Source: a virus (lineage: Duplodnaviria > Caudoviricetes). From it: 25,702 nt of DNA. This document shows positions 22,724 through 25,702 of the stretch, piece after piece. The notes under the pieces were generated by a model, which saw nothing but the letters and a program-made list of their open reading frames with translations, did no database searches and was not told where the DNA came from. The stretch is from positions 1-25,702 of the IMG/VR virus record IMGVR_UViG_3300030613_000030; one strand, written 5' to 3'. Positions within the stretch are counted from its first letter, which is position 1. Each line of letters opens with the position of its first letter. A program made the position numbers and the translations under genes.

Positions 22724-25162
22724 TCCCTTGACGTTGAAGGTTAAAGGCAGCATCGAATCGACGCCAGCGATACCAAGCTCCAGAGATATCTGGGTCGTGG
22801 GCCCGTTGCGGGTCACAAGAGCAGAGCTAACGCCAGTGAAATTCGAATTGAACTGGAAGACCTTCTTTACGCTCTTCAGAATATCGGCTGCGGTCGAGTC
22901 TGCTAGTGAATCGCCAACCCCTACGTCAATACCGAAGGTGGGGTGCAGGGGGAGCGTTCCGACGCGAGTGTTTAATGCTGTTCTTGCCCATTGGATGAGA
23001 CAACTCATGCCAAAAACTACCGGCCAATCACCATCCGGAGTGATGACGAGGTCGCCCGTGTTCGACAACATTCCGTCTACTTCACCGATAGTCAGAATCC
23101 GGTTGAAGTCGGACTCGTTTGGCACGTACTTGAGGATATCCGGATTTGACGGTGAGTCTGAGGGGATGTAGATGACTCGCTGTGAATTGACGGTCCCCAC
23201 CAAAAACCATTGAATGCTGGCAACGTCGACGGTCTTGAGAAGGTTGAGGTTAGCCTCCCCGTCAACAGTCACTTGCCACTGGGTAGCGCTGAGTTGCTTG
23301 AGAGCCAGTACACGGCGCCGCTCGGACAAGAAGGTATTCGACCAGACGGAGATGTACTGCCCCAGAACCAGGGTTGAAACATCCGTCATGTTCAGGAGGT
23401 TGCCCGAGCCATTCGAAGCAATCAACTGGGTGATGCCGGTCTCATCAACGTATGGTGCGCGAAGTTCGTTCAACTCAGCAATTTCCATCCACCGCGTGGC
23501 GTCGCCCAGGTATTGTTGCGAGAGTCGCTCCAAGGAGGAGCCGTAGGGAAAGGGTACCGCGAACTTGGATTTGGGTACCCGCATAGCAATGCCGTTGGCG
23601 TTAGCAAGCCCAGCCACGTACTCGATGGTCGTAATTGGGATGCGGCTGGGAGCATTCACCACCAGAGCTTGAATAGCTGTAGCCGCCGTAGAAAGGGCCT
23701 GCATAGCTCGGAAGTCGTCTAGGGTCGCATCGCGGACCTTGACCTTAGGTACACGGCCAGTCACCTTGTCGTAGGTTGCGTTGTTAAGGCCGACCACGTC
23801 CGCAAAATCGGTGATGACGCTGAAGAGGTTCTCGGCTGCTGCGCGGAAATCGGTACTAGTAAGCGACAGGGTCTGGTCTAGATAGTCACCAGTAGCCTGC
23901 CTCTGTGCTGGCGACAAATTGAGAGAGTCGGGATGGATAAGGTCGTGGAGGTCTGCCTGGCTGTCATCGCTCAGTGCGGTCGTCAGGGTCGGGGTCGATG
24001 TTGCGGTGCCAGAATTGAGAGCAGCTACTTCGCTCGAAATGCTTTGAACAACTCCTCCTACGCTCGGTGATAACCCATCGAAGGAGGCAGCAATCTCGTT
24101 CCATGATTCGCGAACAGCGGACTCGGCGACCTTGCGAATTTCCTTGGGGAGCGACAGGAAGGTTCGGGAGATTCCGGCGGTTGCGGAGCAGAAGTGAGCT
24201 ACCTGACGAAGTACGTTGAATACGTTAGCGATATCCTTGCGCACAGCGTGCAGGGTGTTGGTGACCGAGTTGGCTAGGCGAATCGCGTTCGAGATGTCTC
24301 GATAGGCCTTGACCAGAGAATAGCTGGTTGAGGCTCTTGCCGAAGGTGCAGAGACCCCGGACGCGCTCACACCGATTTGCCCGATGGAGACTCGCCTCCA
24401 GGCCTGGAACCGTAGGGAGTAGTGATACTCGAAAGGTGTGGCAGCCGTCTTGGTGACGTCGAAAGCTAGGGGAGTAACCAAATACGCCACGTCCTCCTTC
24501 CAGATGAAGATGGCTAGGCGTAGGTCGGCTCCACCTGACTGCTTCTTGGCGTCTGCGTACGTCTCCAGGAACCGCTGAAGGGCGCGGAAATGGTAGTAAC
24601 CTGTGGAGCCCTGCTGGATGTCGGAGTTGGTCGTGTCAGCGCTGGACAGGTTGGCTGTGTACCTCTGGCCACTGCCGAGCGAAGTGGCCTGTGTGGCCAC
24701 CGACGCTGCTGCCGAGAGGGTGCCCGCGAAGATGCCTGTTCCAGCAATCTCAAGACGTTCGTTCTGAAGCTGAGTGGCTGTGGGGCGGTCACTCACAACA
24801 CCGAAAGTGCCCGAGAACGAAATTTGCCGGAAGGGAGCGCCGCCGTGCTGCTCTACCACTCCACCCAGAGTCGCTGAGACGTTTATCGCGAAGGGCGTCG
24901 AGATAACTAGCTGTTCGGGAGAGATGGGAAGGGTGAACTTGAGGCCTTCGTAGATGTCGTAGCGGACCCCGGGCCGCTCGTCGCTGCCGCTCAGGTTGGT
25001 ACTGGTGGACGCCTTGAGTACGGCTAGCTCGTATGGGAAAAACTGATTCCAGAGGCTTTCGTCGATGCTCGTGGCGATGTCGTATCGCTGGCTCCCCGAT
25101 GAGGGAAACAGGTCCGGGACCTCGGTGAAGAGGTTTTTCGCGTTATCGAGGAAGGTAGACAT
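22721..25162 (-). CDS. Multidomain baseplate protein: tube-initiator-like N-terminus, LysM-like domain, gp25/W-like C-terminus
   Basis: FTLPISPEQL.I...ISFSGTFG at the N-terminus, GSSLERLSQQYLGD..RW.EIAELN.L.PY (LysM-like), and GDL...G...L.T..G.LP.HP.FG (sheath-initiator-like). Confidence 0.75.
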   Translation of the reverse strand: MSTFLDNAKNLFTEVPDLFPSSGSQRYDIATSIDESLWNQFFPYELAVLKASTSTNLSGSDERPGVRYDIYEGLKFTLPISPEQLVISTPFAINVSATLGGVVEQHGGAPFRQISFSGTFGVVSDRPTATQLQNERLEIAGTGIFAGTLSAAASVATQATSLGSGQRYTANLSSADTTNSDIQQGSTGYYHFRALQRFLETYADAKKQSGGADLRLAIFIWKEDVAYLVTPLAFDVTKTAATPFEYHYSLRFQAWRRVSIGQIGVSASGVSAPSARASTSYSLVKAYRDISNAIRLANSVTNTLHAVRKDIANVFNVLRQVAHFCSATAGISRTFLSLPKEIRKVAESAVRESWNEIAASFDGLSPSVGGVVQSISSEVAALNSGTATSTPTLTTALSDDSQADLHDLIHPDSLNLSPAQRQATGDYLDQTLSLTSTDFRAAAENLFSVITDFADVVGLNNATYDKVTGRVPKVKVRDATLDDFRAMQALSTAATAIQALVVNAPSRIPITTIEYVAGLANANGIAMRVPKSKFAVPFPYGSSLERLSQQYLGDATRWMEIAELNELRAPYVDETGITQLIASNGSGNLLNMTDVSTLVLGQYISVWSNTFLSERRRVLALKQLSATQWQVTVDGEANLNLLKTVDVASIQWFLVGTVNSQRVIYIPSDSPSNPDILKYVPNESDFNRILTIGEVDGMLSNTGDLVITPDGDWPVVFGMSCLIQWARTALNTRVGTLPLHPTFGIDVGVGDSLADSTAADILKSVKKVFQFNSNFTGVSSALVTRNGPTTQISLELGIAGVDSMLPLTFNVKG

Positions 25163-25173
25163 GAGCTAGATAG

Positions 25174-25181
25174 TAGATTGC
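25174..25181 (-). promoter_or_regulatory. Candidate late-promoter motif GCAATCTA
   Basis: In the 21-bp gap, 11 nt upstream of ATG 25162, where there is no Shine-Dalgarno. Confidence 0.45.
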
Positions 25182-25183
25182 GG

Positions 25184-25372
25184 CTAGGTAACGGTGCCAG
25201 TACCCGTGCCGCCGCCAGCGGGGCAGGTGGTCGCGACGTTAACTACGCCCTGAGTCTGGATGTGGAGGACGATAGCGTTAGCGAGTTTCTCAAATGCCTT
25301 GCGGCGCTGTTTGTTCGTAACGCCGCCGATGGCGATGAGAATTTCCTGAGCAAGCTGGTCTCCGTTCATCAT
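25184..25372 (-). CDS. Small baseplate/spike-associated protein, 62 aa
   Basis: ATGA coupling to the upstream HNH stop. Helical N-terminus and a GGGTGTGTVT C-terminus. Function is inferred from context. Confidence 0.65.
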   Translation of the reverse strand: MMNGDQLAQEILIAIGGVTNKQRRKAFEKLANAIVLHIQTQGVVNVATTCPAGGGTGTGTVT

Positions 25373-25702
25373 ATTTTAGCGCCTTTCTTCAGATTGTCCG
25401 AAGCCCACAGCGGCTGAAGGTTCGTGTAGTGGAGAATAGGTAGTAGCTGTTCACGGTCTGTGACGTCGATGCTGGCAAATGGAATGACGTGGTCGATGTG
25501 CCAACCAGTTTTAGACCAGTTATCCCAGGTCATGTCAGGAAGGAACTTAGCTTCGAGGTATGTCTTGAACTCCTCAATAGTACACCCGAGGTCTCTTACG
25601 GCGGAGCCGGATTTGAAGTTACCTTTGATGGCCATATGGAGACGGCTGCGCATGTTTTTCGTTAGCTTATAAGCTGGGTCAAATTCGCGTCGCATCTTGC
25701 TA
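25369..25702 (-). CDS. Second HNH-type homing endonuclease, probably 5'-truncated by the window edge
   Basis: Same GSAVRDLGC / WHIDHV.P / HYTNLQPLWA motifs. The frame stays open to the window end. Confidence 0.85.
   Translation of the reverse strand, partial: SKMRREFDPAYKLTKNMRSRLHMAIKGNFKSGSAVRDLGCTIEEFKTYLEAKFLPDMTWDNWSKTGWHIDHVIPFASIDVTDREQLLPILHYTNLQPLWASDNLKKGAKI

Noticed and set aside
9021-25372. Bacterial contractile injection system or tailocin rather than phage
   Set aside because: The adjacent phage-type early genes, homing endonucleases, flap nuclease and restriction-site avoidance point to a phage genome.
1-25702. Stop-codon recoding suggested by frequent CTAG/TAG
   Set aside because: Genes are long and tightly packed under the standard code, and TAG, TGA and TAA all end genes at sensible boundaries.
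1-25702. tRNA, rRNA or other structured RNA genes
   Set aside because: Intergenic gaps are all under ~60 bp and show no cloverleaf or T-loop signature.

Overview
A 25.7 kb segment of a tailed dsDNA phage with a contractile tail. The host may be a high-GC Myxococcota/deltaproteobacterium, but that is inference only. Left third (1-9024, mostly + strand): small accessory and nucleotide-metabolism genes, namely two 11-aa tandem-repeat proteins, an HD phosphohydrolase, a Zn-dependent deaminase, a 5'-3' exonuclease, a dATP/dGTP diphosphohydrolase-like protein, a GH108 endolysin and several membrane proteins. Some of these are driven by leaderless TTGACA-N17-(-10)-N6-ATG promoters. Right two thirds (9021-25702, - strand): baseplate and tail-fibre genes, including a 2222-aa baseplate J-like protein with a Kelch propeller, plus two paralogous HNH endonuclease genes. 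The most striking feature is a 2547-bp foreign insert (2356-4902) bounded by a 7-bp direct repeat GCCCTGC, with no recombinase and no inverted repeats. Removing it restores the natural end (KLALLDE-stop) of the interrupted repeat gene, and joining its two ends rebuilds a split gene end that couples (ATGA) to the insert's DNA methyltransferase, consistent with integration of a circle. It carries an intact beta-class DNA methyltransferase, now fused in frame to the repeat protein, and a stand-alone terminase nuclease domain. By manual count it has 11 GATC sites against only 2 in the other ~23 kb.
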